DNA of 64,000 bases from Trichormus sp. ATA11-4-KO1 (GTDB lineage: Bacteria; Cyanobacteriota; Cyanobacteriia; Cyanobacteriales; Nostocaceae): positions 1-64,000 of the forward strand of contig JAHHIM010000007.1 in the NCBI GenBank assembly GCA_019358915.1, in the 5' to 3' direction. The translations under genes were made by a program, and so were the position numbers. Below the pieces are notes generated by a model. That model was not told where the DNA came from and ran no database searches. It saw only the letters and a list, made by a program, of their open reading frames with translations. The number at the start of each line of letters is the position of its first letter. Position 1 is the stretch's first letter. Positions 11,024 through 21,810 of this stretch are shown piece after piece.

Positions 11024-12025
11024 TTAGAAATTAAGCTCGGCAGCTTGGACTTTTTCCACCTGCTTTTTCTTCAACACGAGCATAACTTGAGCTAACATGA
11101 CAAGAGCAATGAAAGCAATCAACCATTGAACTCTAGAAGCGTCTTGTAATACAATTTCTGCATCTTGTTGACCGAAGCCACCAACATTAGGGTTATTGGT
11201 TAAAGCATCACCAACTGCTACTGTTTGACCTTCAGAAACAATTAGTTCCGGCCCTAAGGGAATAGTATCAGAGACAACTTCACCAGATTCGGTTTTGATG
11301 CTCACTAAATATTTAACGTTACCGTCCCCGTCTTCCTCTTTGGCAATTTTGCTAATTGTGCCAGTAGCGGAAGCATTGTAAACGGTATTATTGCTCTTTT
11401 CACCAGTGGGGTATACTTGCCCACGTCCCCGGTTAGCACCTAAGTGAACTGCATATTTACCGAAGTGAATATTTTTATCAGTTGCAGGGTTGGGAGATAG
11501 GACTGGGAAGACTATTTCCTGATATTGTTCGCCTGGTATCGGCCCGACAAGAAGGACGTTTTCTTTTTCTTCGCTGTAGGGTTGGAAGTAAACATCGCCG
11601 ACTTCTTCTTTAAGTTCTTCAGGAATGCGGTCTTCAGGCGCAATCTTAAAACCTTCAGGTAACATCAGCACAGCGCCGACGTTCAAGCCAACTTTAGAAC
11701 CATCCGCACCAATTTGCTGCACGCCAGTGTCGTAGGGGATTTTCACTACCGCTTTAAACACAGTATCAGGCAACACTGATTGGGGAACTTCCACGTCTGC
11801 TGGCTTGGCTGCTAGGTGACAGTTAGCGCAAACAATCCGTCCTGTTGGTTCACGGGGGGTTTCAGGATAGGTTTGTTGTGCCCAGAAGGGATAAGCAGCA
11901 GCAGTTTGAGGAAGAGCTAGATCGCTGGTGAAGTAAAATGTCACGGTAGCGATCGCTATGAGCAATGTTTTTACTATCGCTCTAGCAGTGCGAGTTAACC
12001 TCGCTGTTGTACAGGCATTTCTCAT
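11024..12025 (-). CDS. petA: Apocytochrome f
   Basis: YPFWAQQ, CANCH heme motif, C-terminal TM and [12 protein letters not shown]. Confidence 0.99.
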   Translation of the reverse strand: MRNACTTARLTRTARAIVKTLLIAIATVTFYFTSDLALPQTAAAYPFWAQQTYPETPREPTGRIVCANCHLAAKPADVEVPQSVLPDTVFKAVVKIPYDTGVQQIGADGSKVGLNVGAVLMLPEGFKIAPEDRIPEELKEEVGDVYFQPYSEEKENVLLVGPIPGEQYQEIVFPVLSPNPATDKNIHFGKYAVHLGANRGRGQVYPTGEKSNNTVYNASATGTISKIAKEEDGDGNVKYLVSIKTESGEVVSDTIPLGPELIVSEGQTVAVGDALTNNPNVGGFGQQDAEIVLQDASRVQWLIAFIALVMLAQVMLVLKKKQVEKVQAAELNF

Positions 12026-12044
12026 CTCGATAAGGACAACGATT

Positions 12045-12197
12045 AGTTAGTCATTGGTCATTGGTCATTAGTCAAGAGTCATTAGTCAAGAGTCATCTTT
12101 TAGACTTTGAACTAACACTCAGCACTCAGCACGGGCTAAACGCCCCGCTACCGCTCTAAGCGCAGCCATGCCCGCAGGGCTTTACAGCACTCAGCAC
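12045..12197. repeat. STRR heptamers and short dispersed repeats between petC and petA
   Basis: agtcatt/agtcaag and cactcag arrays with embedded GC-rich units. Confidence 0.75.
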
Positions 12198-12202
12198 TTA
12201 TA

Positions 12203-12742
12203 TTAAGCCCACCAAGGGTCTTCGCCAGTGCGGAAATCGGTTTCAGTCCAAGGGGTTAAGACGATTTTGTCGTCCTCTGTTTTGGCGTGAGCGAGAGCCA
12301 AAGAAAGTGGTGCTGGGCCTCGAACAACCTTACCAGTTGCGTCGTACTGAGAGCCGTGACAAGGGCATTTAAACTTGTTCTCAGCCACATTCCAAGGGAC
12401 AACACAACCTAAGTGAGTGCAAATAGCATTAATGCCGTAATCAGCGATCGCTTCCTTGCTTTCTACCACAATATAGGTAGGGTCGCCTTTTAGTCCTTGA
12501 ACTAAGGTGCGATCGCCTGGATTATGGCTTTCTAAAAACTGGCTGAGGGTAACATCGTTGCCTAGTTCGTCTTTTGCTGTTGTACCACCACCGGCGCCAC
12601 CACTAGCAGGTGGAATAAAGTACTTGACTACGGGATACAATGCACCCAAAGCCACGCCTGTGACAGTTCCAAAAGTGAGCAGATTCATGAACTGACGACG
12701 CCCCATATCGGGCACGTCCATTGATTCCGAAAATTGAGCCAT
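12203..12742 (-). CDS. petC: Cytochrome b6f Rieske iron-sulfur subunit
   Basis: Tat motif GRRQFM, CTHLGC and CPCHGS. Confidence 0.99.
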   Translation of the reverse strand: MAQFSESMDVPDMGRRQFMNLLTFGTVTGVALGALYPVVKYFIPPASGGAGGGTTAKDELGNDVTLSQFLESHNPGDRTLVQGLKGDPTYIVVESKEAIADYGINAICTHLGCVVPWNVAENKFKCPCHGSQYDATGKVVRGPAPLSLALAHAKTEDDKIVLTPWTETDFRTGEDPWWA

Positions 12743-12958
12743 AATCTACGCGCTCTTTGTGTATTTTGTTAAGCATTCTTACAAGAGTACCAGTACTTGA
12801 GCCACTCCTGTTTGAGTGGAAATGCCAACGCCCACAACGATGCTCAACTTCTTTGTTTCAAGATATTTGTAGCATCTCTTCTGTTAGCATTACATTTCTT
12901 TATATCCCTATCATACTTGAGTTACGGAACGTAACAACATAACTAAATGTAAAATCTA

Positions 12959-13279
12959 ATGGAGAAAACTATGACAGGACAGGAATTACGCAAATTATTG
13001 CTTGATAAGTGGGGATACTCTTACGATGTCCAGTTCCGGCGCACACAGGGGAAAATATTTCTCCAAGTCATGTGGAAGTATCTTGAGCAGGCGTCTTTTC
13101 CCTTAACTGAAGCAGAATACCAAGAGCATCTTGATAGTGTTGCTAATTATCTTCAGGCTCTGGGTGGTACAGTACAAGTCCAAACATTTATTACACAAAC
13201 ACGTGATCGCCCCAGACTTGGCAAAGCTGTGAGTATTCCCCTAGATTTAGGTGAACGCGCTTCGGAATGGACTGTGTGA
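12959..13279 (+). CDS. DUF3067 family protein
   Basis: KWGYSYDVQ...QVMWKYLEQASFPL; divergent from petC; alternative ATG at 12971. Confidence 0.88.
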   Translation: MEKTMTGQELRKLLLDKWGYSYDVQFRRTQGKIFLQVMWKYLEQASFPLTEAEYQEHLDSVANYLQALGGTVQVQTFITQTRDRPRLGKAVSIPLDLGERASEWTV

Positions 13280-13437
13280 TCGGCCGCTCTAGAATTAACT
13301 TAGTCCGAGGATTAAAGGCGATCGCAATATCAATTAATAGTTACACAAGTAAAAGAAAGATGAGAAATATATCAAAAAGTTAGCCAAGTCATCGAGCAAA
13401 TTGACATATAGAACTTATTTATTATTTGGCTATGAAG

Positions 13438-13582
13438 AGTGCTGAGTTAAAAGTGCTGAGTGCTGAGTTAAAAAACCGCCCACACTTCGGCAAGGCTCAG
13501 TGACCACAAGGGACGGGGCTTGTACCGAGTGCGAAAGTCCTTCCTTCTTCTTTTGACTCAGCACTCAGCACTCAGCACTGAG
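13438..13582. repeat. Inverted GTGCTGA/CTCAGCA heptamer arrays enclosing dispersed repeat units
   Basis: agtgctgag x3 ... cttcggcaaggctcagtgacca ... ctcagca x3. Confidence 0.7.
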
Positions 13583-13660
13583 TAAGATAAAACTGACGCA
13601 GACTTAGCTAGCAAACAGCCTATATATGGCTAATTTACTAGCTTCAGCAGAGGTTGTAGA

Positions 13661-14716
13661 CTAAACATTTGCTCCAGTCTTACTACCTCCCAATCTCTCT
13701 TGAATTCTGCTCTTAGCCGCTTTAAATTGTGTAGCTAGTTGCTCAGTTTGTTCGGTACTTAAGTTGTTGCGAATAGCAGCAAACATTGTGCTTTCTTCTT
13801 GACGAATATGGTCGCCAGTAATGTCCATCAAATGTCTAACTCTATCTTTGAATTCAGGTGCAGAAGGATTGATAGCACGGATTTCCTCTAACAGCTGCTT
13901 CATTTGAGCTTGTTCGTCATAAAGTTCTTGGGTGTCACTCTCACCGTAGAAAGAACGTACTCTTGGATAGACAACTTCCTCTTCAGCTTCAGCGTGAGCA
14001 GTTAAGTCTTTGTAAATTTGACCAAAATACTCTTGGATCTTTTGTGGATCGTTGCTTTGTAGTAATTCTGTAAACAGGATATTAACCTTATTGTGATCCA
14101 TGCGAATCAAATCTTGGATATTCATATCCTTTTTGTCGCTGGTTTGGGTAACAGCGCTACCTACTGCGCCGCTAAATGCAGCAATAGCGTCTTGAACTCG
14201 TCCCCAAATCCCTTGATCTGCATCTTGTCCAGTCAGTTCACGCACACCCAAAACTTCCAAAATACCTTTGAGTTGTTCTTGGTGAGCGCGATTCTCAAAG
14301 TTAATTGTATTTAAAGGCCCAATCGCCGCCATCACGTCAGCACCAACTTTTTGCGCCGCCTTATGAATTATCACGCCGGACATTACTTGTTGATGCTTAA
14401 GCAATTCATGTTGAAATACTTTTTCATAGAAACTCAATTCAGAGCCTTGCATCAATTGGCGGATTTTGTTGACCATTTCTTGAATTGTTTGTCTCGGATC
14501 ACCGTGGATGCCATATTGAACAATTACGGTTTCCAAAACGCCTTGGTTTTTTTGGTCATCATCAAGCATCTTCCGAATGCGATCAGAAATTTCACTATCA
14601 GTTGATTCTCTCAAAAACAGTTGCTCATTTTCGATAAGCAACTGTTGAATTAATTTCATATCTGCTAGTTTTATGGCAATAGCATTGCGTTTTGTATCAT
14701 CTAAAGTAGATACCAT
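13661..14716 (-). CDS. Hemerythrin (HHE) domain protein with N-terminal ferritin-like region
   Basis: DHNKV, HAEAEEEVVYP, HIRQEE motifs. Confidence 0.85.
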   Translation of the reverse strand: MVSTLDDTKRNAIAIKLADMKLIQQLLIENEQLFLRESTDSEISDRIRKMLDDDQKNQGVLETVIVQYGIHGDPRQTIQEMVNKIRQLMQGSELSFYEKVFQHELLKHQQVMSGVIIHKAAQKVGADVMAAIGPLNTINFENRAHQEQLKGILEVLGVRELTGQDADQGIWGRVQDAIAAFSGAVGSAVTQTSDKKDMNIQDLIRMDHNKVNILFTELLQSNDPQKIQEYFGQIYKDLTAHAEAEEEVVYPRVRSFYGESDTQELYDEQAQMKQLLEEIRAINPSAPEFKDRVRHLMDITGDHIRQEESTMFAAIRNNLSTEQTEQLATQFKAAKSRIQERLGGSKTGANV

Positions 14717-14973
14717 GCTTAGTTCTCCTCTGAAAAGTGTTCGGATTATTACTTATTTTAGATTGGCATATGTTGTAGGTGTCTTCCATCTTTCTTTTGA
14801 GTGATCGCTTTCGTAACTAGGGATAGAAAATGAAATATTTCTCCCCAGTAATTATTCACTTATACTTAAAGATAGACAACTGTATAAAGTGGACTCCATC
14901 GCCAGATAGATAAAATTTTAATTCTATTTTTATAAATTGACTCAAAGATATTTTAATAGGAGCTTAATTAATA

Positions 14974-15459
14974 ATGCCAGAAAATCCTGGTGGTAAGGCA
15001 TGGGTAGTTTTAAATGAAGTTGATATTAACCGTGCATTTAACTCTGAATATGTCCGTTCAAAACTGCAAAATCAGCAAATACATATTCATGAGCAAGTAA
15101 TGACGATCGCACCTCAAAAAGTAGAGTTTCACCTACTTAGTGAGGGAAAAATTGCCTTACATGCCCGTATATTGTTATTAGAAAACAGTGAAACTCACCA
15201 GATTGCTTTTACAGCCGTACCTTTTGTTAGTAATAACGGGCAAATTATTTCTTTAAGAAATGTTGATTACAATGAAAGTGCAGAAATATCCCCAGAATTG
15301 ACAAAGGCTTTAGTAGAGCAAACTAGCGAAATTTTGAATTTGAGTAACTTTGATTTATCAGGAATGAGCCGGCAAATTAAGCAACTAGAAATAGCAGCAG
15401 GCAAACTAATATTGCAAGTTGCAGCTGATATTGAGCAAATTCAAATTCCTTTCAATTAA
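14974..15459 (+). CDS. DUF2993/LmeA-like protein, apparently internally deleted
   Basis: VVLNEVDINRAFNSEY core directly follows MPENPG; only 161 aa. Confidence 0.6.
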   Translation: MPENPGGKAWVVLNEVDINRAFNSEYVRSKLQNQQIHIHEQVMTIAPQKVEFHLLSEGKIALHARILLLENSETHQIAFTAVPFVSNNGQIISLRNVDYNESAEISPELTKALVEQTSEILNLSNFDLSGMSRQIKQLEIAAGKLILQVAADIEQIQIPFN

Positions 15460-15475
15460 AAAAGGATAATAAATA

Positions 15476-16024
15476 ATGGAAACTACAGGAACAGAATCAA
15501 GCTCCACACCATTCCCTAATATTCCTCCAATTATTGAAAGTGACGATAGAGAATATCGTGATAGTGGTGTACCTAGTACAGTAGCGATCGCTGGACATCC
15601 TTTACACCCTTTAACAATGATTTTTCCCATCGCCTTTTTAGCTGGTGCTTTGGGAAGCGATGTTGGCTATTGGTTAACTCGTGATTTTTTCTGGGCTAGA
15701 GCGTCGCTATGGTTAATTGGACTGGGACTATTAGGAGGTATCATCGCCGCAATCACGGGGATGAGCGACTTTTTGCGAATTGAACGTGTCCGCAAACGCA
15801 CTGCCGGTTGGACGCATTTAATTCTTAACATAGCTATATTACTTTTTACAACCCTTAACTTGATCATTCGTCTGGGTGATCCTGAGTCACGACTATTACC
15901 TTGGGGATTGTTTCTCTCGCTGGTTGTCGGGACGCTGACTAGTATTACCGGCTGGTTTGGAGCTGAACTCTCTTATCGTCACAAAATTGGTGTCGTGGGT
16001 GCTGGTAGCAGAAGATATCCTTAA
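15476..16024 (+). CDS. DUF2231 family membrane protein
   Basis: AIAGHPLHP, GWTH, GWFGAELSYRHKIGV; four TMs. Confidence 0.88.
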   Translation: METTGTESSSTPFPNIPPIIESDDREYRDSGVPSTVAIAGHPLHPLTMIFPIAFLAGALGSDVGYWLTRDFFWARASLWLIGLGLLGGIIAAITGMSDFLRIERVRKRTAGWTHLILNIAILLFTTLNLIIRLGDPESRLLPWGLFLSLVVGTLTSITGWFGAELSYRHKIGVVGAGSRRYP

Positions 16025-16240
16025 ATAGTGAGTAGGGAATGGGGCGTAGAAGAGATGACTAATAATATTAAGTTCTTTTCCTTCCACCTCCCATGCCTCA
16101 GTCCCAATTTTAAGCAGAGCAGCATAATAGAATAGTATGCTGCTAATTGCTCGAGTCATGTTTCAGCGTCGGCTGATCAGAGCGGTCGCCTCTTAATCCC
16201 ATCTTGGGTTGGTCTAAACTACTGACCACTCATAAGTTAG

Positions 16241-16396
16241 ATGAAACTAAGAGGACAGATCCCCGCGATCGCTCTGACTGCGTATGCAAGGGAACTGAAT
16301 CAGCAACAGGCACTCAAAGTAGGATTTCAAAGGCACATTGCTAAACCTGTAACGCCAGAGAAATTACTCACAATCATTTCCCACATTATGTCTTAG
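16241..16396 (+). pseudogene. C-terminal fragment of a receiver (REC) domain
   Basis: Manual translation MKLRGQIPAIALTAYARELNQQQALKVGFQRHIAKPVTPEKLLTIISHIMS*; the half with the phosphoacceptor Asp is missing. Confidence 0.75.
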
Positions 16397-16444
16397 GTTG
16401 TATTTTAGGGTGGTTGTGGTTGAGACAACTACAAAAAATATGGT

Positions 16445-16672
16445 ATGCAAAAAAAAGTTAAAGTCAAACCTAATTCAAAATAACAAAAGATTGCAGAACA
16501 AACGGATGGTAGTCTGACTGTACACTTAAAATCTCCACCAGTAGATGGTAAAGCTAATGAAGAGTTAATTAAATTACTAGCTGAGAAATTTGATGTGCCG
16601 AAATCTCATATCAGAATTAAGTTTGGTTTATCCTCAAGGCAAAAGCTGATTGAAATTGATACAGATATTTAA
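16445..16672 (+). pseudogene. DUF167 (YggU-like) gene with premature stop
   Basis: [53 protein letters not shown]...; in-frame TAA at 16481-16483. Confidence 0.85.
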
Positions 16673-16753
16673 TTTTGATAACTCTTATGTGTACTCTTTT
16701 ACCTACTACCATCACGCGTTCCCCAAATATTTTTGGGAAAGACACACAAATAT

Positions 16754-17380
16754 TTAGTCAACGAAACTATACTCTTGCATAATGCTAATGTATCTAGGCT
16801 GAAATTTGACTCGTTCTATCCAAGCCTGGATAGCGGGAAATTTTGTCAAATCAAACCCACCTTCATCCGCAACATGAGTATAGGCGAATAAGGCAATATC
16901 AGCGATAGTATAACGCTCACCTACAAAAAAGTTGTGAGACATTAGATGCTTTTCCATCACTTTCAAAGCTGCATAACCCGGTTCACGTTTTTGCTCTAAA
17001 GCTAAGCGATATTCCTCAGCTTTACCTAAAATAGATATCCAGAATCTTGATGTAGCAATGAAAGGTTCATGACTGTATTGTTCAAAAAATAACCATTGTA
17101 GTACTTGCGCCTTTAAAAAGCGATCGTAAGGTAAAAATTCTGTACCTTCACTCAAATACATCAAAATAGCATTTGATTCTGCCAAGTATTTTCCAGCTTC
17201 GATTTCCAAAACTGGTATCTTACCGTTAGGATTCTTACTTAAAAATTCGGGTGTTCGAGTTGCGCCTTGCAAAATATTCATCTCGACTCTCTCAAATGGC
17301 ATACCCATTTGTGTCAATAAAAGGCGTATTTTGTAACCATTACCTGAGGGTAAAAAATCGTACAATCGCAGCATTTCCAT
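16754..17380 (-). CDS. Glutathione S-transferase family protein
   Basis: SGNGYK, NPNGKIPVL, LAESNAIL, TIADIAL; likely start ATG 17380. Confidence 0.93.
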   Translation of the reverse strand: MEMLRLYDFLPSGNGYKIRLLLTQMGMPFERVEMNILQGATRTPEFLSKNPNGKIPVLEIEAGKYLAESNAILMYLSEGTEFLPYDRFLKAQVLQWLFFEQYSHEPFIATSRFWISILGKAEEYRLALEQKREPGYAALKVMEKHLMSHNFFVGERYTIADIALFAYTHVADEGGFDLTKFPAIQAWIERVKFQPRYISIMQEYSFVD

Positions 17381-17585
17381 GTCAAAAAATATAATAATGA
17401 ATGTGGAGATAATTGAGGGTCTAAAATACAATATTTTACAAAATATTTCTAGATAAACAGGATAATTTTTATTTATTTTCCGTATTTGTGTACCAATCAC
17501 AATTATCTGAGAAAATAAAAACAATAGGATGATTTATTCTTGGTATTTAAAAAGTTAATTTGATTCAGTAGTTGAGAATAAAACT

Positions 17586-18254
17586 ATGTGTGGAAGATTT
17601 ACTTTAAACCAGTCAGCAGCAGCGTTAGCTGAATTTTTCCATATACAGCAAATTCCAGATTTAGCCGCCCAATATAACATTGCACCTACGCAAAGAGTGG
17701 CAACGGTGCTACATAACCCTGAAAGTGGCAAGCGGGAGTTTCAGCAGTTACGTTGGGGATTGATTCCCTCGTGGGCGAAAGACCCCAGTATGGGAGCAAA
17801 GCTGATTAATGCTAGGGCTGAAACAGTTGCCGAAAAACCAGCTTTTAGGTCAGCTTTCAAGCACCGACGTTGTTTAGTGCTGGCTGATGGCTTTTATGAG
17901 TGGCAACGGCAAAATGGTAAAAAACAGCCGTTTTATTTTCGTCTCTCAGATGGACAACCTTTTGGCTTTGCGGGTTTGTGGGAAAGATGGCAGACTGAAG
18001 ATGAAGAAATTACATCTTGTACAATTTTGACAACCGCAGCCAACGAATTACTGCAATCAATCCATGACCGGATGCCAGTGATTTTGGCTCCACAAGATTA
18101 CGATTTGTGGTTAAATCCGCAAATACAAACACCTGAACCCCTACAGCAGTTATTGTGTCCCTATCCAGATCAAGCAATGACTGCCTATCCAGTTAGTACC
18201 TGGGTAAACAAACCTCAAAATAATAGTCCTGAATGTATTGTGCCTCTTGAATAG
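17586..18254 (+). CDS. SOS response-associated peptidase (SRAP/YedK, abasic-site processing)
   Basis: N-terminal MCGRF, INARAET, DGFYEW, HDRMPVIL. Confidence 0.95.
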   Translation: MCGRFTLNQSAAALAEFFHIQQIPDLAAQYNIAPTQRVATVLHNPESGKREFQQLRWGLIPSWAKDPSMGAKLINARAETVAEKPAFRSAFKHRRCLVLADGFYEWQRQNGKKQPFYFRLSDGQPFGFAGLWERWQTEDEEITSCTILTTAANELLQSIHDRMPVILAPQDYDLWLNPQIQTPEPLQQLLCPYPDQAMTAYPVSTWVNKPQNNSPECIVPLE

Positions 18255-18301
18255 TGCTGAGTGCGCTCGCCCTGAGCGAAGTCGAAGGGGAGTGCTGAGT
18301 A
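18253..18301 (+). repeat. 49-bp short dispersed repeat (copy of 1864-1912)
   Basis: Exact reverse complement of 1864-1912. Confidence 0.9.
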
Positions 18302-18468
18302 TAGGAATTTCTTCCCTTGTCCCCTTGTCCTCTTGTCCCCCCATCCCCTCATCTCCCCACTCTCCAGTCCCCTAAATCAGTTAAATTAGCTATTGAGTGG
18401 ACTGATGACAAAAATATCAACCGCACAGAAATCGCATCAGCCAATAGCTGCATAACCATAGAGGCAAT

Positions 18469-18990
18469 ATGCCAAGAACACAAAAAAACGATAACTTTAT
18501 TGACAAATCCTTTACAGTGATGGCAGATATCATCCTGAAAATTCTGCCAGCTAACAAAAAAGCTAAAGAAGCATTTGTTTATTACCGAGATGGCATGTCA
18601 GCACAGGCAGAAGGAGAATATGCTGAAGCCTTAGACTACTACGAAGAAGCTCTCACACTAGAGGAAGACACGAACGATCGCAGCTACATTTTCTATAATA
18701 TGGGGCTAATTTATGCCAGTAATGGTGATCATGATCAGGCTCTAGAAATGTATCACCAGGCGATTGAGTTAAACCCGCGTTTACCCCAAGCCTTGAACAA
18801 CATCGCCGTCATTTACCACTACCAGGGCGAAAAAGCCAAAGAAGCTGGGGATAACGACGCTGGGGAAGCTCTGTTTGACCAAGCAGCAGACTATTGGATT
18901 AGAGCTATTCGCATGGCTCCCAATAACTACATTGAAGCCCAAAATTGGCTAAAAACCACTGGACGTATGCAAATTGACGTATTCTTTTAA
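18469..18990 (+). CDS. ycf3: Photosystem I assembly protein Ycf3
   Basis: [18 protein letters not shown] repeats, [10 protein letters not shown]. Confidence 0.98.
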   Translation: MPRTQKNDNFIDKSFTVMADIILKILPANKKAKEAFVYYRDGMSAQAEGEYAEALDYYEEALTLEEDTNDRSYIFYNMGLIYASNGDHDQALEMYHQAIELNPRLPQALNNIAVIYHYQGEKAKEAGDNDAGEALFDQAADYWIRAIRMAPNNYIEAQNWLKTTGRMQIDVFF

Positions 18991-19052
18991 CCAGTAGTCA
19001 GTTATCAGTGTTTACTGATAGCTGACTACTGATAACTGATAACTAACAAACC

Positions 19053-19349
19053 ATGATTGATCGTGAACAAGTTCGCAAAGTAGCCCTTCTTGCTCGTTTA
19101 GAATTGACACCAGAAGAGGAGGAGCAATTTACTACTCAACTGGGAAGTATTCTCGATTACATCGAACAGTTAAATGCAGTAGATGTTAGTGATGTGCCAC
19201 CAACAACACGGGCAATTGATGTTAGCAATGTGACGCGAGAAGATAAGTTGCAACCATATCCTGAGCGAGAAGCCATCCTCAATAGTGCGCCTGAACAAGA
19301 AAACGAATTTTTCAAAGTCCCAAAAATCCTCAACAGCGAGGAGAACTAA
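19053..19349 (+). CDS. gatC: Asp/Glu-tRNA amidotransferase subunit C
   Basis: [10 protein letters not shown]...FFKVPKI. Confidence 0.97.
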   Translation: MIDREQVRKVALLARLELTPEEEEQFTTQLGSILDYIEQLNAVDVSDVPPTTRAIDVSNVTREDKLQPYPEREAILNSAPEQENEFFKVPKILNSEEN

Positions 19350-19354
19350 TTAAA

Positions 19355-19663
19355 CTGAAGTTCCCTAAACCGAAAGATAGAGAACGCCTCTAAAACTCTT
19401 GTCTGGCAATGGATACAAAATTTTACACCGGGCTTACTGTACCCATGTAAAATCTTGTTTTGATCGTCGGATATTTTTTATACTAAAAACAAAATATGCC
19501 CAACACCGAGAATGCAAGATCAATTGTTAAAATCCTTGCCAGGAAAGGGTGTTGGGCATTTTCAATAAAGATGTACTCAGTATCAATAAATGCGTAAATG
19601 GCTGCAAGTAATTCTGGGTATGGCTTTGGGGTTTTCAAAATTTATTTTTTGGGGGAACTTCAG
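19355..19663. mobile_element. MITE-like non-coding element with 11-bp terminal inverted repeats
   Basis: CTGAAGTTCCC at 19355 and GGGAACTTCAG ending 19663; internal hairpins; no ORF. Confidence 0.6.
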
Positions 19664-19732
19664 CTTCAACCAGAAGGAAGAAGCAAGAGGATGATTCTCC
19701 TCTAGATTTGCAGATAGCCGCAATTAAGAATT

Positions 19733-20257
19733 TTAATGTAAACTCGATAACCAAGATTGTGCAGCTGTGGGCGATCGCAGCTGCACAATTTTTAAATGGG
19801 CATATTCAGCTGCTTGAAATAACAATGGATATCTCCTGCGGTTTTTACTGTAAGTTTGCAGCGCCCATAACAAAATAGAATCGCTGCTAAAGAAAGTTTT
19901 TTGCCATGTCTCGCGGTTACCATTGCAGACTTCTTGTTGTGTCACTACCCGCGAAAATGTGCGCCATAATATACGACTCATCACCACTGGCCAAGAATAG
20001 TCTAGCCAAATAACCGTGTCAGCCCTTGCCCAAACGATATCACGCACGATGCTGTAATTACCATCTACTACCCAGCTATTGCCTGATAGCGCCTGAGAAA
20101 CTCTATTTTGGAAAACCTCATCAGGCACTTCTACCCAATTAGGTTCCCAGTGCAGATAATCAAGTTCTATATGAGGAATAGCGAGACATTGGGAAATTTG
20201 CCTTGCCAAAGTTGTTTTACCAGAACCACTAGTCCCAACTACAGATATTCGCTGCAC
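19733..20257 (-). CDS. P-loop kinase, adenylate-kinase/FlaR-like
   Basis: GTSGSGKTT, ELDYLHWEPNW, WVVDGNY; likely GTG start at 20257 (the longer track ORF reads through a dispersed repeat). Confidence 0.85.
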   Translation of the reverse strand: MQRISVVGTSGSGKTTLARQISQCLAIPHIELDYLHWEPNWVEVPDEVFQNRVSQALSGNSWVVDGNYSIVRDIVWARADTVIWLDYSWPVVMSRILWRTFSRVVTQQEVCNGNRETWQKTFFSSDSILLWALQTYSKNRRRYPLLFQAAEYAHLKIVQLRSPTAAQSWLSSLH

Positions 20258-20284
20258 CGATTTCCTCCCTGCGTCTGGAGCGCG

Positions 20285-20331
20285 ACGCCAGTTGCTACAA
20301 CGAGGGGAACCAAAGCAACGCACTGGCTCCT
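20285..20331. repeat. Nostoc-type short dispersed repeat
   Basis: gacgccagttgctacaacgaggggaaccaaagcaacgcactggctcc with flanking inverted gccagt/actggc. Confidence 0.7.
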
Positions 20332-20347
20332 CTCTGGTTCGATACCC

Positions 20348-21661
20348 TTAAGTCGTGTACTCCGCATTAATTTTCACGTAGTCATAGCTTAGGTCGCAAC
20401 CCCAAGCTTTACCAGAACCATTAGCATTGCCAACCCTGACGGCAATGATGACTGGATTATCTACCCGTTGAGCTTTAATAGTGTTTCTATCAACAGACAA
20501 ATCATTACTATTGTTAGTAGCAATAACATCTTTGGCTAGAGAGGAATCTGCTGCTACTTGCTGCAAATAAGCACTAGCAGCCGCACGGTCGTAAGGCTGG
20601 GGTTGACCGTTCTCCAACATTAAGAAATCCCCTAGCTTAATTTGCAGGTTGTCTTGTTCAAAGGGCACACCTGCACGTCCGGCGGCGGCGGCGATCCGTC
20701 CCCAGTTGGGGTCACGTCCAAAGATGGCCGATTTAACTAAGGATGAACCGGCAATAGTTTTGGCTATTTGCCGGGCTGCAAGTTCATCATGGGCCCCAGT
20801 CACTTGCACTTCAATTAAGCAGGTTGCACCTTCGCCATCACGAGCGATCGCTTTGGCTAAATGCTGGCAAACTGCTGTTAACATGGCCTCTAATTTTTCG
20901 GCTTCTGCACCCATTTCTGTAATTGCTGGGGTGCGGGATTGACCATTTGCTAGGGCGATTAAGCTGTCGTTGGTGCTGGTATCACCATCAACGGTAATGG
21001 AATTGAAACTTCTATCGGCTGCCCTTGAGAGCATTTGTTGCCATAAGGTAGATGAAACTGCCGCATCACAGGTGACAAATGCCAGCATAGTGGCCATGTT
21101 GGGATGAATCATTCCGGAACCTTTGGCAATACCGCCAATTCGCACGGGGCGATCGCCTATAGTTGTCTCTAAGGCAATGGATTTTGTGACCAAGTCTGTG
21201 GTGATAATTGCCCCGGCTGCGGCATCTGAGCCTGTGGGAGAGAGTGTTGCTACTAGCTTGGGAATGCCACTGCGTAAGGCATCTATTTTGATGCGTTGAC
21301 CTATTACGCCAGTAGAAGCCAAGAGTATCGATTCCGGGGAAATATTCAACTCCGTAGCTAATAGTTGGGCGCTTTCTTCAGCATCACGCACACCTTGTTT
21401 GCCTGTGGCGGCGTTTGCTTGACCAGCATTACAGAGAATTGCCCGAGCGCTATGTTTGGCTTGCAAGCGTTGGCGACAATAATCTACACAGGCGGCTTTG
21501 ACTTGGCTAGTGGTGAATACACCAGCTGCGATCGCTTCCACATCTGACCATATCAATGCTAAATCGGGCAATCCCGAAGGTTTCAAGCCGGCGGTGATTC
21601 CTGCCGCTTGATACCCTCTAGGAGCTGTAACACCACCTGTAATTTCCTGCCAGTCTGCCAT
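20348..21661 (-). CDS. argJ: Bifunctional ornithine acetyltransferase/N-acetylglutamate synthase
   Basis: KGSGMIHPNMATML, DGDTSTND, DGEGAT, YVKINAEYTT. Confidence 0.98.
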   Translation of the reverse strand: MADWQEITGGVTAPRGYQAAGITAGLKPSGLPDLALIWSDVEAIAAGVFTTSQVKAACVDYCRQRLQAKHSARAILCNAGQANAATGKQGVRDAEESAQLLATELNISPESILLASTGVIGQRIKIDALRSGIPKLVATLSPTGSDAAAGAIITTDLVTKSIALETTIGDRPVRIGGIAKGSGMIHPNMATMLAFVTCDAAVSSTLWQQMLSRAADRSFNSITVDGDTSTNDSLIALANGQSRTPAITEMGAEAEKLEAMLTAVCQHLAKAIARDGEGATCLIEVQVTGAHDELAARQIAKTIAGSSLVKSAIFGRDPNWGRIAAAAGRAGVPFEQDNLQIKLGDFLMLENGQPQPYDRAAASAYLQQVAADSSLAKDVIATNNSNDLSVDRNTIKAQRVDNPVIIAVRVGNANGSGKAWGCDLSYDYVKINAEYTT

Positions 21662-21810
21662 TTTTCTTTTTCCACAACTATTAGCTGCTCGACTGGCGAT
21701 TATACCAAGTCTTAACTCACCTGAAAAAGTGCTGAGTGCTGAGTGCTGAGTAGGGAACTATGAAAAGTTTTTTCTTTCTACTCAGCTTGACTGAAAGCTC
21801 AATGCTAATC

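Noticed and set aside
20258..20323. N-terminal extension MRCFGSPRCSNWRR of the kinase ORF
   Set aside because: Read-through of an intergenic dispersed repeat; GTG at 20257 fits the family start.
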